In this document: piece by piece, positions 40,524 through 53,542 of the stretch
How positions within the stretch are numbered: position 1 is the first letter of the stretch
Layout of the letters: every line of letters starts with the position of its first letter
Source of the DNA: Selaginella moellendorffii
Lineage: Eukaryota; Plantae; Lycopodiophyta
Assembly (NCBI RefSeq): GCF_000143415.4
Contig: NW_003314270.1
Location: 1,481,048-1,545,047 of the forward strand
DNA: 64,000 bases
Reading direction: 5' to 3'
Position numbers and translations under genes: made by a program
Notes under the pieces: generated by a model
The model's input: only the letters and a program-made list of their open reading frames with translations
Told to the model about the DNA's origin: nothing
Databases searched by the model: none

Positions 40524-43500
40524 TCACAAGATCCTGAAAATGCCCTTGAGCTTCATTATGAGTTTCCACTCCTCGCTAGAAAGCTCAGTCTGCAACACAA
40601 AATAGCCGTAAACACAACAAGGATTCGCTGGGAACATGAATCCTACCCGGTAGTTCTCTTTCAAAACGTCGATTGATCTTCGTGTGATGTGGCTCACCAG
40701 CAAATCGTCGTAGTCAAAATGCCTTCCAAACATCTTCTGGTTCTCGTCACCCATAATCTGTGACACGACAACACTATGAGCAAACGAAAGAGAGTAAAAC
40801 CTGAGCTTGCCTTCATGGCCACCTCCTCGCCTTTCTTCGCAACGTCGACCACCTTGTGATTGATTTCCAGCGACGCGATTCTTCCCAGATCAATAAACTC
40901 GCCGTCTTTACTGGGAACACAAATGGGCGTTCCAACCTGCGTGAAAGACAAGCACACCGATTATCTCACATAAGATGGAGAAAGAAAGGTACCTTTGCGA
41001 AGCCATCAAGAACCACCACTCCGACAATGATTGGATCTTTTTTGTTGAAGACACAGTTGGGTAAGATCTTGAGGATGCACGGAAATATGGCTTCCTCCGC
41101 TGTATCCCTTCTTTTCTCCTCTCTTGTGTTCTTGAGATAGGCCGTGAACTGGTCGAACAAGTGATAGATGATGTCCGCCGTGAAGATCTTCACACCCAGC
41201 TCCTCGGCCAGCTCTCTTGCTTCCGGTGTCACCTTAACGTCGAAAGCAAGTATTGTAGCGTATTCTTTCTTCCTCTCGAGCATCACACTTGCACGCATGA
41301 TGTCTTTCTTGTGAACCGGACCGATACTGATGCCACTCACAGGAATGTTGACGTCGGGAGTTTTGAGGAACTCGAGCAAGGCTTCCAAGGATCCCAGTGT
41401 CGAGGCCTGAACGCAAACTCCCTCCCCGCTCTTGTCAATACGGCCCATAACGCTCTTCATGTCCTTCATCGCCTCCTCTTTGATGGTCTCCACGTCCTCG
41501 TCTTCTCCCACAACATAGAGTTGTGTTCCTGCTATCGCGTGCTCGAGACCCTGAGGAAAGCATTAGCAAAAGAACAGTCGTAATGAGGAAATACTAGAAC
41601 AAACCTGCGCCGTGATTTTTATTCCTTGGGCTGCTTTAAGCTCTTTGTGATGCTGATATGATCCCTGAAAGAAACAAGATAAGATCCTCTACTCAGTCGA
41701 GCTAAACCAACCTTCACGCGGAGCTCTTTCATAGGATGAGGAGTTAACAGCGCCCTGATAGTTGTCACAATTGGTCCCTGCAACCGAACGTCGTAAAGCT
41801 TTTAACCGAAATGAAAGCACTCGACTACGTACTTGCATCCCGCAGACCACGATCTGATCGCCTTCGTGCAACACGCCGTTTACCAACACGACGTCGATAG
41901 TCGTCCCAAGTCCTTCTACAACCTTAACTTCCAGCACCGTGCATTCGACCTCGCTTACATACATAAGCTTCTTTTCCATCATCTCTTGTGTCAGCAGGAC
42001 TAGCAAGTACAGGAGATCAGGTATGCCCTCGCCACTAAACGAAAACTTGAGAATTCTAGAGGAAAAAAATGAAAGAAAAATCAGCAAGCATGCCTTATCG
42101 CGCTTGTGGGAATTATGCTGACGGCCTTTCTCTTGTCTTTGTTCTTCCAGTAGAGCTCAGAGTTAAGAGACTGTTCTTGGAGCTGCACCATTATCTGCAA
42201 CAAGCAAATACCGCTTGATAAGGAAACTGCTACTAAGGAATGACACTTCCATGTCACCTGCTTGGTTCTCGTCTCAAATTCTGATTTCGTATGGCGCTCC
42301 TGCTCTTGCAGAGTAGTTCTTATCGGAGCATTGTTCCGGGGCTTCCATTGGTAGAGACGATCAACCTGCACTAGAGCATAAACAAGAGGTAAGGTACACA
42401 CAAAACACAGGAGTACGCACCTTGTTTAGAGCAACAATGAACGGTGTCTTTCTCATCCTTAGCAAGTTTATGGACTCGATCGTTTGAGGCTCCAGCCCAT
42501 GCATAATGTCGATCACCAAGATTGCAATATCGCACAGTCCGGAACCTCGAGAACGCAAATTTGTAAAGGACTCGTGACCAGGCGTATCTATAACCAGGAG
42601 GCCAGGAACGCGCATGTTGGCCGCTTCTGGTAACTCTTTGGTTCTCTCCCGTATGTTTTCCATCGGAAAATAAGTAGCTCCAATCTGCTGCGTAATTCCA
42701 CCCGCTTCTCCTTCTTGGACGTTAGTCCTACGAATGCAGTCGAGCAGCTTGGTCTTGCCGGTATCAACGTGTCCGAGGATACAGCAGATGGGAGATCGCA
42801 AATCGTCAGCGCTGCGCTTTGTGAGAGCTTCCGCCATCCTGGCTTCCCTTGAAATCGCTGGCTGCTTTGGTGGCTGTGGGGATGGTACTTCCTCAACCTT
42901 CGGAGCAACCTTCACGGGTTTTTCTGGAACAACCTGTTCCTCTTCCTCCTCGTCCTCGTCTGCAAATGCATCCTTCACGGTTGGAAGTTTGGATTCGTCG
43001 TCCCAACTCTTAGCTTCCCAGTCATCATCCTCGTCTTCTTCTTCTTCCTCTTCTTCTGCTTCTTCTTCCAGCTGGCCCCCTCCTTCAGGTTCATTCTCAA
43101 CTTCAGGCTCGTTCTCTTGCGCCTCAGTAGCCGTTTCACTTTGGACCTCGGCAGCCGCTTCACTTTCTTCAACGTCCGGTTTCACATCTTCCGAGCTTAC
43201 TACTTCCACTTTCTTCTTCTTCGTCTCGTACTTCGGCTTCCTGGGAGTTGGCGACTGCTCTTCACCAACAAGCGCGGGACTACTTGCTAAAATCTGCTCC
43301 TTTATCATGGCCAGACGACGAGCTTCCATCTTCTGTTTTCCAGTGAGATAAAGTCCCTTGGCTTTCTTTTCCTTGATTTTCTCCTTCTCACGTTGCTTTC
43401 TTCGCTGCTTCGCTTCTTCTCTTAACCTCTCTTCCTCCTCGAGTCTCAGCCTTTCTTCCTCCTCTTTCCGCAACCTCTCTTCTTCCTCACGCTTCCGGCG

Positions 43501-44706
43501 CTCTTCTTCCTCCTTGATTTTTGCAAGTCGCTCTTGCATTTCCCGAATATGCTTCGGGACCTTCTTGTCGACCACCTTTGGCTTCGCCTCTTGAGTTTCC
43601 GAAGGACCTTTCTTCTTTTTCTTTTTACTACTGCCAGTGGCTTCCGTCGTCTCTTCTCCTTTGGTATTATCCACAGCATCCACCTTCTCTCCTTCAACAT
43701 CTGGTACAGCCACTTCAACAGTCTCCTCGGCCTTCTTCTCCCCCTGTTTCTTCTTCTTCGACTTCTTCTTCTTGGCCCCCGTCAAGTCTAGCTTGTCTTC
43801 CTCCTCATCTGGAGCAGCAGCAGCAGGTACTTCACTATCTGGAATACCAGCTGCAGCCGCGGCCTCCGCAAGCTCTTCTTCAAAAGTTTTCTTACTGTCG
43901 TCCTGTTTCTTCTTCTTCTTCTTTTTCTTACTCAAGTCCAGCATCTCTTCCTCGTCATCAGGAGTAGCAGTAGGTTCTGGAGCAGCGACAGCTTCATCTT
44001 GAGCAGTACTAGGTACATCCCAATCTTGTGCAGCAACTTCCGGATAATCGTCGTCGAGAATCTTCTTCTTGTCCTTCTTCTTCGGTTTTTTCTTCTTTGC
44101 CGCTGTCAAGTCTAGCATCTCCTCTTCTTCGTCCGCCAGCGAGGGAATGTCCGGGGCAGTAGGAGCAACAGCAGGCTCTGGAGCAGCGACAGCTCTCGAA
44201 GAATCATCTTGAGCAGTACTAGGTACATCCCAATCTTGTGCAGCAACTTCCGGATAATCGTCGTCGAGAATCTTCTTCTTGTCCTTCTTCTTCGCTTTCT
44301 TCTTCTTCGCCGCTGTCAAGTCTAGCATCTCCTCTTCTTCGTCCACCAGCGAGGGAATGTCCGGGGCAGTAGAAGCAGGAGAAGGAGCAAGAGCATCCTC
44401 CTCCAAAATCTTGTCTTTCTTCTTCTTCGGCTTCTTCTTCTTCATGCCTGATAAATCCAGCTTCTCTTCTTCTTCCTCCTCGTCATCTCTATCTAAAGCT
44501 AATGCGGGAGCTACTAAATCATCCTTCTTCTTGTTTCTCTTGCTCTTGCTCAAATCCATCTCCATTACCAAATCCTCGTCGTTGCCGGCAGCTGCCACAA
44601 CCGAGGCTCCCGTCGTCGATCCAGCAACAGCCTCACCATCACCGTTCAACTCCTCGTTCCAATAATCGTCCAGCGATGGCGCGACCTTCTTCCCCTTCTT
44701 TCCCAT
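40524..44706 (-). CDS. eIF5B: Eukaryotic translation initiation factor 5B
   Basis: [45 protein letters not shown]. Multi-exon C-terminal half. Confidence 0.97.
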
Positions 44707-44986
44707 CGCGCGTGCGCGATGCCCTAATTTCCTAAACCCTAGCCCTAAACACTAAAGCCGACAGCGAGTAAAGGGCAAAAGCTCTCATTTCTTCTTTTTT
44801 AACTTCGTTTTTACCACATAGAATGTAAGCCCGGAGAAATAAACAAACCGCAAGAGATTTGGTGTTGTTGATTCGGGAGGCTCGTCACTGGCCATCCATC
44901 TCGACTAGCCCTTCTGCCAAGAACAAAAATTCTCTTTTTTAAGAACTATAGAAGATCAAACAAAGCCTTTGGAACTCGAGGAACAC

Positions 44987-47081
44987 TTACTCTCGAGCTT
45001 TGCGCTCGTTGTAGTCGAGTATCTGGGAACGGAGGACGTGATTCGGCCGAAGAGTTCTATCCACATTGTCTGGAGGAGGAGCTGGAGGCAGCTCGATTCC
45101 AGTGATCGGACTAGTTTTGTGCTCCCTGCTCAAACAAAAAAAAACCACTTTGGTTAAAGCTCGCGACCCGAAACAAAAGAACTTACTTCAGCCATGCTTT
45201 GATCGTCGATCGATCATACGAGTGCCCGTCAGCAGTGGTCACCGGATCCACCATAATATCACGAGTTATGCAATCCAAAAACTCCGGAGGAACGTTGTCC
45301 ACCTCGTAATCGTACTGCGGTAGCCAGCTGCTGGTGTCGAGCGAGGGTGACAGGCATATATCCTCTGGAAGCTGGATGCAAGGATCTCGCACGGTTTTCT
45401 GGGAGAACGGGCCAGGCCAGGCAAAGTCACTCGACACTGAACGTGAGACTGGCGAGAGCAGTGTCGGGGACATGACTGAATAAGTAGCATCGATGCTAGT
45501 CGGAGGTGGTAAGACGGTGGTCGATGGGAAGAACGAGGAGAAGAGGGAGGTGGAAGACGCGACTGGTTCGCTAGTCAGTGTGTTATGCTGTGGAGCAGAG
45601 ATGGGAGGAAGTACTGGAGCGGTACCTGGGAAGTAAATGGGATCGGTGGACACTGGAGTCGAGCCGCTAGCTTCTTGACAGGGAGGGGCTGCTGTTATTT
45701 CGGGTGATAGAGGTTGCGGCTTCGAACTTGTGGTTGTAGCAGCAGCAGCACTCTTTGAGAAGAATGAGCCACCATTTGCCAGTGGTTTTGGAAAAGCCTG
45801 TAAGTTAAAGTTAGCAACATCCACTGGAGAAAGATAAGAAAGCACCTCCGAGGAAGCGCTGCAGGCTTCCACTTTGGTGTTGGCTGCTCCACACAAGGCT
45901 TTGGACCAGCTCATCGAAGTCCCGGGGGGCGCCACCTCCTTAGGCGGAGCCGCACTAGTCGACTTCGCTGGCGCGTTCGTCCTAATCTTTGTCGAACTTA
46001 AGTTCTGGTGCTTTCCGAGAGGGGTTCCACCAGAGCTGGAGCTTGCTCTAGAGTTCCTATAGTCGCTGCAGTAGCTGTAACCCCTCCTCCTGCCAAAATA
46101 TCCCACCTTTTCAATCCTAGTCCGTGCCTCTTCTGTACTACTACCAGGACTACTACCACCAACACTCTTGTCGCTGGCCAACTCCTTCTCCTTGGGCGAC
46201 GCCTTAGTTTTCTCCTGCCTCTTCTTCTCAGCCTCTCTATCCCTCCTCAACTCGCGTTCCCTCTCGGCAGCGGCTTCTCTCTTACTCGCATTCTCGGCCT
46301 CAAGTAGCTCAGCACGAAGTTTGCTCCTCTCGTCTACGAGTCTCTTAAACTCCTCCCTGTCCCTCCTTTCCTCCTCCTCCTTCTTCTCCCTCTCTAGTCT
46401 CGCTAGACGCTTCTCCTCCGCCTTCCTCCTCGCCCTTCCTCTCTTCTCCTCCGTCTCGTCTATCTCCTTCGCGTTCTGCTGTCGACCCTGCGAGCCATCC
46501 CTGGAGCCATCCTGCCGGCAAAACTTCTTCCACAACCAGGCCAAAAGCTTCCCTGCCAGCTCCACCCACCTATGCACCAGATGGAAAAACCTCTGCTTGT
46601 CCAGCTCCTCCCAGAGCGATCTCCAACACGTCGAGTGGTCGATCAACTTTAAGTCCCTGGGCCGAGGATCCCCGGGGACGTGTAGCTCGGGCTTCTTCGA
46701 GGCGTGGCCACAGTTGGTGCACATATACTTGCCACTCGCCTGTGGAGTCTGGTCGCGGTAAGGACTGTGGCAATTCCGGCAGTGCTTGGTCGCCTCCTTT
46801 CGCCACCTTGCGGCCTTCTGTGCCTCTATACGCTGCCTCTCGCGGAGAAGGATCGCTCTCCTATCCCGCCACTGCGAGAGATTGGGGACGACGAACTCGT
46901 ACCAAAAGAGGCTGCTCAGAAGCACTCCCACGCATGCCAGCCTCGTGGACGTGATCTCGAAGCGGTAGCCGGGTGGCAGGAACTGCGAGAAGGCCCAAAC
47001 GATGACGAAAGGGATGATCAACCATGGTAGCATGGCGACGATGCGTCGCGAAAACTTTGCTCCAGCGCACAGTATGCACAT
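44987..47081 (-). CDS. Plant NST1-like membrane protein (At3g51640-like N-terminus) with a C-terminal U-box, 2 exons
   Basis: MCILC...LPWL.IP...RFEITS.RLAC TM region, CxxC/CxxC, coiled coil. U-box VPPEFLDCITRDIMVDPV...GHSYDR..I..WL completed by exon 44987-45125 (TSPITG...LRPNHVLRSQI). Confidence 0.85.
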
Positions 47082-47642
47082 TCTTCAGCCCAATGCGACC
47101 TGCTGAAGCCCTTCTCTATGCTCTAATCTTTCTTTTCCAGCTACAACCTGCTATAGCAACCAAAGAACCAATCAGCCGATCTGGCAAAGAGAAGAGGCGC
47201 ACAAAAAGAAATTGAGAAGAAAAGAAGCAAACTTGCAAGGGAGGCAATGCCGGTTCAAGCAGTTCAACACAGTAGCAAATCTTGGAGGGCGCCCATGGAA
47301 TCCTTACCCTAATCCCTGGCGCTATTGCTGCTGCTGATGCTACCGCGCCCTGGAATCGACACCGGCATTTCCTATGGCAGCCCCAAGAGGGCCAAATCCT
47401 CGCCCTCGTCTAGCGCGCGCCGGAGGAAACGCCCATCGCCAAGCTCCAATGCCGCGGCGCCTTCATTAGGTCTTGGTCGTGGACAACAAGCATCATTTCT
47501 CCCCAAAGCCGAAAAAAAAAAACTTGTTAAAATGGACGGCTGCCATGGCTGACACGTGTATGCCATCAGGCCGTTAAAATCAAATAGGGGTAATTTTCCT
47601 CTGTTTCTAGGGCAAAAAGAGTGAAACGAGGAGGAGCTACCG

Positions 47643-48958
47643 ATGGGTCGCCCGCCTCAAGCCGCCGGCGTGCCGGTGTTTCGATTTCTTCCACAGGAGG
47701 TATGGATCGATGGAAAGGATTCCTGCGCTGCATTCTATGGCGTGTGAATTCTTTGTAGGTCGCTCAAATGGAGAGGGCGCTGGAAGCTAACAACAACATA
47801 GCGTTGCCAAGGCCGGAATGTGACGACCTCGCGGAGGCTTTCACGTACGTATTTCCTCAAAGTTTGACATCGTTTTGCCTTCACTGAATTCTTCGTTCTT
47901 TTCTTTCGTTTTTTCTCTCAGCAATACTCCAGAACGGGCTGGGCAACTTCCAATAACAGGGAAACAGGTTCGTCCGGCTAGACGCTTTTCCTGTTTCTCT
48001 TCTCGTGTATACAAATAGTCCTGAAAGTTTGGCCTCTTCTGATAATTCTCCTCACCTTATTTGTGCTTCTTTTCCAGGTCTTGAATTGGTTCCAGAACAG
48101 GAGGCACTCGCAAAAGGCGAAGAAAATCCTCCAAATGCAGCAGCAACAGCAGCACCAAGACAGCGGTAGAGGCTTTACTCCCTCGCCTTTGGCGAACGCC
48201 GCAAGTCCCATGCAATACATGTACGCTCCGCCGCCAGGTTTGTTTCAAGTTCTCTTCCATCCCGCTTCTTACACGTCGGGATCTCACAGAAGTCGAGAAA
48301 GAGATGGACTTCGAAGCCAAATCTTCTCGTGACGGTGCCTGGTAAGAATGTATGAGTTTATAAACTCCGTTACTAAGACCTCTTCCAGGTATGATGTATC
48401 ATTGTTTCTGGCACATCGTATAGAAGCCTCTGAGCACGTAAGGCAGAAAGTTTTACTCTTTTGCTCCACATTTTGTCTGTACTGATTGATCCAACTTCTC
48501 AGGAGGTCCGTGTTCGTTTTGTTGGGTTTGGATCCGAGGAAGACGAATGGGTGGACGTGAAGACATCAGTCCGGCAGCGCTCTATGCCGTGTGACGTTGT
48601 GGAGTGCATGGTTGTCCTTCCGGGAGATCTCATCTTATGCTTCCAGGTAGAGGAAATGCAAAAACTTTGTTTTCTTTGTTAACTTCTTCGTTTCTTAGCA
48701 GGAGGGAAACGAGCAAGCCTTGTACTACGATGCCACGGTTCTGGACATCCAGAGACGGAGGCACGACTTAAGAGGCTGCCGGTGTCGATTTTGGGTCCGC
48801 TATGATCACGATCAATCAGAGGTAACATCAATCTAAGCTCTCATTTACAATCATTGTATTTTTCTTTTCTTTTTTTCTCGCAGGAAGTTGTGCCACTTAA
48901 AAAGATTTGCAGGCGGCCAGAGACGGATTTACGAATCCCCAGGAACAAACAGCACTAA
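47643..48958 (+). CDS. SHH2: SAWADEE homeodomain homolog (SHH1/SHH2-like)
   Basis: MGRPP...FRFL..EV..ME, QV.NWFQNRR, FEAKS.RDGAWYDV, VRVRF.GFG.EEDEWV, RRRHD.RGCRCRF.VRYDHD. Confidence 0.9.
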
Positions 48959-49062
48959 AGAAGCGTGTGAATATTTTTGTACGGATGACAATGAGATTAG
49001 GGTTCTTGGGTTTTACCTCCTTTTTCCTCTTTTTTCCCAAATGACGAGATTAGGGTTCTTTG

Positions 49063-50263
49063 ATGTTTCTCCGTCGCCCAGGCTGGGCCGAGGAGTTTGC
49101 TGCTGCGTCGGCATCCACCTCCTCGCCGCAGCAATCGGCGTGCAATGTGGTGGCGGAGCTGGTGGAATCGCTGGTGGCGCAGCGGCAGCGGCGCGAGGTT
49201 GCGCTGCGGCTGCGCGAGGCGCTGCGTGATGTGAGGGCCAATTTCTCCTTCGCCAGGGTCAAGGGCCTTCGCCGTCTGCTCGCATTCCTGGTGCTCGCCG
49301 CTGCGTCCGAGAGGGGTGTGGAGCTCTTCCGGGAGAGCCAGAGCTATCAAGAACTCCAAGGTGAGAATGTGTTTGGAGTAAATTCGATGGCTCTGGTTGG
49401 TGGATGCTATGAATTTCTTTCCTTTCCTAGAATCGTTGTTTGCTTGCGTGGATCAACTTTCTCATGAGCGAAGGTTCTAAGATTCTTTTGTGATCTTTGG
49501 TGTAGTGATACCGGCGTTGTTCAAGCACACATTGGCACAGCAAAAATCACCAGCGAGCGCGCCACCGGTGTTTAACTCCTCGGAAGAAGCGGCAGAAGTC
49601 TCGAATCCTCCCACCCCTGCGGAGATCGTCCTCGCACTTCGCGTTCTTGAGGGATGCTGCCTCGTCGACAACTCGAGCAAAGCGGCCGCGGCTCACCACA
49701 TGGCCGTCAAGGTGAGCGATGAAAAACACCAACTTTACCTGTTAAGAAGAGCTCCTTTTCTTGTTCCAGGAGCTGCTTGATCTGCTATCAGCGACTGGGA
49801 TCCCCGAGCGCACGGCTTGCCTGGACGCGCTCTTGGCACTGTTGCTGGATTCTCCTGCCAATCAAAAAGTACGTTCTTCTCTAAGATTGGCACGCAAACA
49901 ATCTCTTGTGTCGCAGGAATTCGAGTACTACCGAGGTGTTTCAAAGATCTGCGACTCGCTAAAGAATCGCCATGTCGACGTCGCACTCAGGTGATCCAAA
50001 AGCTTCCTCTCCTTCCTAAAACGCAACAATTTCTTGGCTGTTCCAGGACGAAATGCGCCGAGTTCTTGCTGCTGCTCGTGGGAGACATACTCCCCAAGAC
50101 GGAGGCGCTGCAAGATCAACTCAAGGAGTGCATGGGCACCGAATGCTGCGTCATTCTCTGGGACGTTTACTCCAACCTCGAGCCTGCCTTTGCCGATCCA
50201 GAGAGGAAAAAGAGGTCGCTCAAATCGCTAGCGGAGAAGATGCTAAGCCTTGTAGATAGCTAA
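49063..50263 (+). CDS. Cdc14 (SIN component)-like armadillo-fold protein, multi-exon
   Basis: LFRESQ...LQV.P.LF, EIVLALRVLEGCCL, ACLDALL.LLLDSP.NQ..FE, KCAEFLLLL. Confidence 0.75.
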
Positions 50264-50550
50264 GCATCGATGCTCAAGCCATTCGTGTAAAATTGTGCGT
50301 AACACCCGAGGAGTCTGGGCTGGGAAACAACGATCAAATCTTTTGTCAGGTTTTAAAAAAACATAAAAATAAAAACGAATTAGTAAAATCTAGAAAACGT
50401 TTTTATAAACCTTATTGGGTTGGAGTATAACTCATACTTCGAATGCATACTCAATTAATCTCTACACTATTTAAATAAAAGGGCAAGTGTAAAGCTTGCC
50501 CTAGACAGATTTAGCTATCTCAAGAACCCTAAAAACAGGGGAGAGGAGCG

Positions 50551-51235
50551 ATGGAGAACCTGGCGGCGTACGCGGTGATGGCATCGGCGTCGGTGGGGCT
50601 CTGCAAAGGTGAGTCGCTCGCCCACATTTGGATTGCCTTAGCGCCTACATTTCTTGGATCCAGAGCTCTTGTTTCCTTACGAGGACGATCAAGCGCCCCT
50701 GGGCAGCGATTCGAGCTCCTTCCTCCATAGCCGGCTGGCGGCGCTGCGGCGGCAGGAGGACGAGGACGACGACATGACGGTCGCGCTGCTGTCGACAATG
50801 TGGCAGGACGAGATCGTTGCCTGCCTCGCCGCTGACAACAACAGCAGCGGCCAGGACCACGATCTCCCTCCCGAGGAGGAGAAGATCCCCGAGAGGTCAT
50901 CGCCATCGCCTCCTCCATCCTCGTCTCGCCTCAAGCGCTCCAGGCAGCAATCTTTGGCGCCTCGCGCTCCTTACGAGGACGAATTTGGGCTGCGATTGAA
51001 TCTGGATAGCGGCAGCTATGCGCAGCAGCAGTTTGAGATCTATCCGGGATCCACGAGCGATCATCATCCCCGGCGCGTCCATCACTTCGACACCCACCAC
51101 GAGGATCATCCTCACGCTCTTCGCCATCGCCACCACCAGAGCTTGTCCGGCGACCTGGCCGAGCATCCTTTCTTGACGCCACACCATTTCCCTGGCGCTC
51201 CGTCGCGGGATTGGCCCCAGAGCTCGCAAGACTAG
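50551..51235 (+). CDS. Uncharacterized protein, probably 2 exons, His-rich C-terminus
   Basis: ATG at 50551, GT-AG intron ~50609-50662 and a GC-rich open frame to TAG 51235. Confidence 0.5.
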
Positions 51236-53438
51236 CAAGCTCGCCAACTTTTTTCCACTGTTCCCCCATATACTTGAGATCACAGTCTCATCTTGGAAGT
51301 AATCTGGCCATCTTCTCATCTTTGCAAAGAAATAGAGGACTTCTTCCAAGTAAACGAAAGAGAGTCTGGCATCGATCTGACCACGGGTCTCTAGTAACGC
51401 GAAACAAAAGATATAAAACGCACAGCGCACCTTTGACTTGGAGCAAAAGCTCGAGAACCAAATATTCCTGGGCGATTGACAATGCGAGCCGGGCAAACCC
51501 AAAGTAGTTTAGTCCCCCCTCGCATTGCTTGCATCACCCAAGGGGTCACTTCGCAGCGATAGATTTTGCTAGAAGATGGATGTGGCACACTTATTAGAAA
51601 AGCCCAAAGTACGCATGCCTTCGCGCAAAGCTCTAGCAAGCGTTAAAAGATAATTGCTCACTCACCCACCCCTTACACGCATGCCAAGCGAATACGTCCA
51701 CCTCCTCGAAAGCCGAGGAGAGTCGCTTAGAATAATCACTGGGGGGGGGAACCAGAGCATCTCCGCCTGCGAATGCAAACACAAAGGTAGAGTTAGAAGC
51801 CATTGCTTTTTTCCTTTTGTTTTTCTAAGGCTTTTTTGTTCTCTCTAGAAGGAGCCAGCAAGGAGCAGTCACCCATGCAAGCTTTGTTTCCAAGCACTTA
51901 TTATGAGACCAAAAGGTCGGAGGAGAGAATATAGAACGCCAGGCAAAGCGGTACGATGATTTGGCATATCAGAACCTGTATGCCTGGAATGATAGCAGAA
52001 ATCTAAGGTGCCATACCTTGACAAGGAGGAGGGAGTACTTCCACTCCTGGAGGAACAGGGAAGGCCCACGGATCTGAAAACCAAATTTGACAGCCGAACG
52101 AGACGACGAGCAGGATCAGGCAGGCGAGCTACAAGACAGAGGCCGAATAAACAACGAGGAAGAAAAGAGCATATATATATATCATGAAAAACTCACCCCG
52201 AGCGAGGAGATATGTTTTCTTTTCGTCGTCTCTTTTTCCCCTTTTTTTCTCTTTCGGGTTGAGTTGAGCACTTTAGTGGCCATAAGTAGCTGAGTTGTGT
52301 GCACTGTGCAGGCCAAAAGATTTTATCAGTCGGTGCTCTCCGCTGTATCTGGCTGGCTTGCCTCCTGGTAACGAGTGCTGCTTCTTCCAGTGACAAAGGC
52401 CATAATTCCTCAGGTGCTATTGAATTCCGATTCCAGGACGCTTGGCTTTGTCCACCCTGGGACGAAACATATCATGTTTGGTGTTGCGTGCTGCGCTGCA
52501 ATCGATCGAAGAAAGATGCAGAGCTACTTACTGTAAGCGTCTCTCCAGTTAGCGTTCACGAACGAGCAAGACAGCTTACCTCGCAAACAAAAACTAAGTA
52601 CCAACGCTGGTTTAATAAAACTGAGCAAACCTCTGTGTGCGTGTCTGCTGCTCCCGTAACAGCTTCGCCTACACATATTTTAATCCCGCGAGCCACTGCT
52701 TGCACTTCTGTGCGCTATTAAATTACGTCCCATGCGCTGTGTGCCGTGATGCCTTACAAAAAGAAAGCTCAACAAGAGAATGCGATTAGAAAACAGAGCC
52801 CCGCTTACCTGGTCCATGGATTGGATCGTCGCACAGCTCGAATGAAGCGCAAGTTAGACGCGCGCACACAAGGGAAAACAAAAAAAAAAAAAAACAACCA
52901 TGACAATTACGAGCAGCAAAGGAAAAAAGAGAGGATGTATTGAGATCTCACTCACCAGCTAGAGAGAGAGAGAGAGTGTGTCTTTTCAGCCTGGACCGCG
53001 CTTTCAATCCACAGTGGAGCTCCCACTCTTTTTCTTCTTTTTGCTCTGATATTTGCATTACTGCTCTCGCTCGTCGGGACGGGACGACAAGACAATATAT
53101 GTGTGTGTGCGCAAGTCGCACCTCCTTGACCTCTGCCTTGTTATTCCCCTCCATTTTGTTTTCCAGAAGTTGCTGCTCGTCTTGACTTGTTCGATCCTGC
53201 TCCCTACCTCGTTCTTCGCATATCATGTCAAGATGGAACGTCCTCTCCTCGTCTTCGCCATCGTCGTCTTGTTCGCATCTCACCTCCCGGCGATCCAACT
53301 TCGTCTCCGGGTCTGTCGCTGCATCACATGTCTTGACAGCCAGCACGCAATTCCGAGCATGATCAAGCCAGCACCACCCCTCCATGTCACCACCACTGTT
53401 CCCTGCTAAAACTCGTGCTTCTTCTTCCCCCAGTTTCT

Positions 53439-53439
<1 letters not shown>

Positions 53440-53478
<39 letters not shown>
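53440..53478 (+). repeat. (CT)n microsatellite in the 5' region of the SCPL gene
   Basis: Directly visible pure CT repeat of ~39 bp. Confidence 0.95.
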
Positions 53479-53480
<2 letters not shown>

Positions 53481-53542
53481 GAAAGAGCCACCAGCAGCAG
53501 TGAGTGAATGAGTGGCGGCCGAGCACGAGAAGGATCTTTGTG

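Noticed and set aside
51240-53440. Short ORFs or miRNA precursor in the long intergenic region (also 22400-23600 and 25000-26100)
   Set aside because: No recognisable domains, known mature miRNA sequence or long foldback seen by eye.
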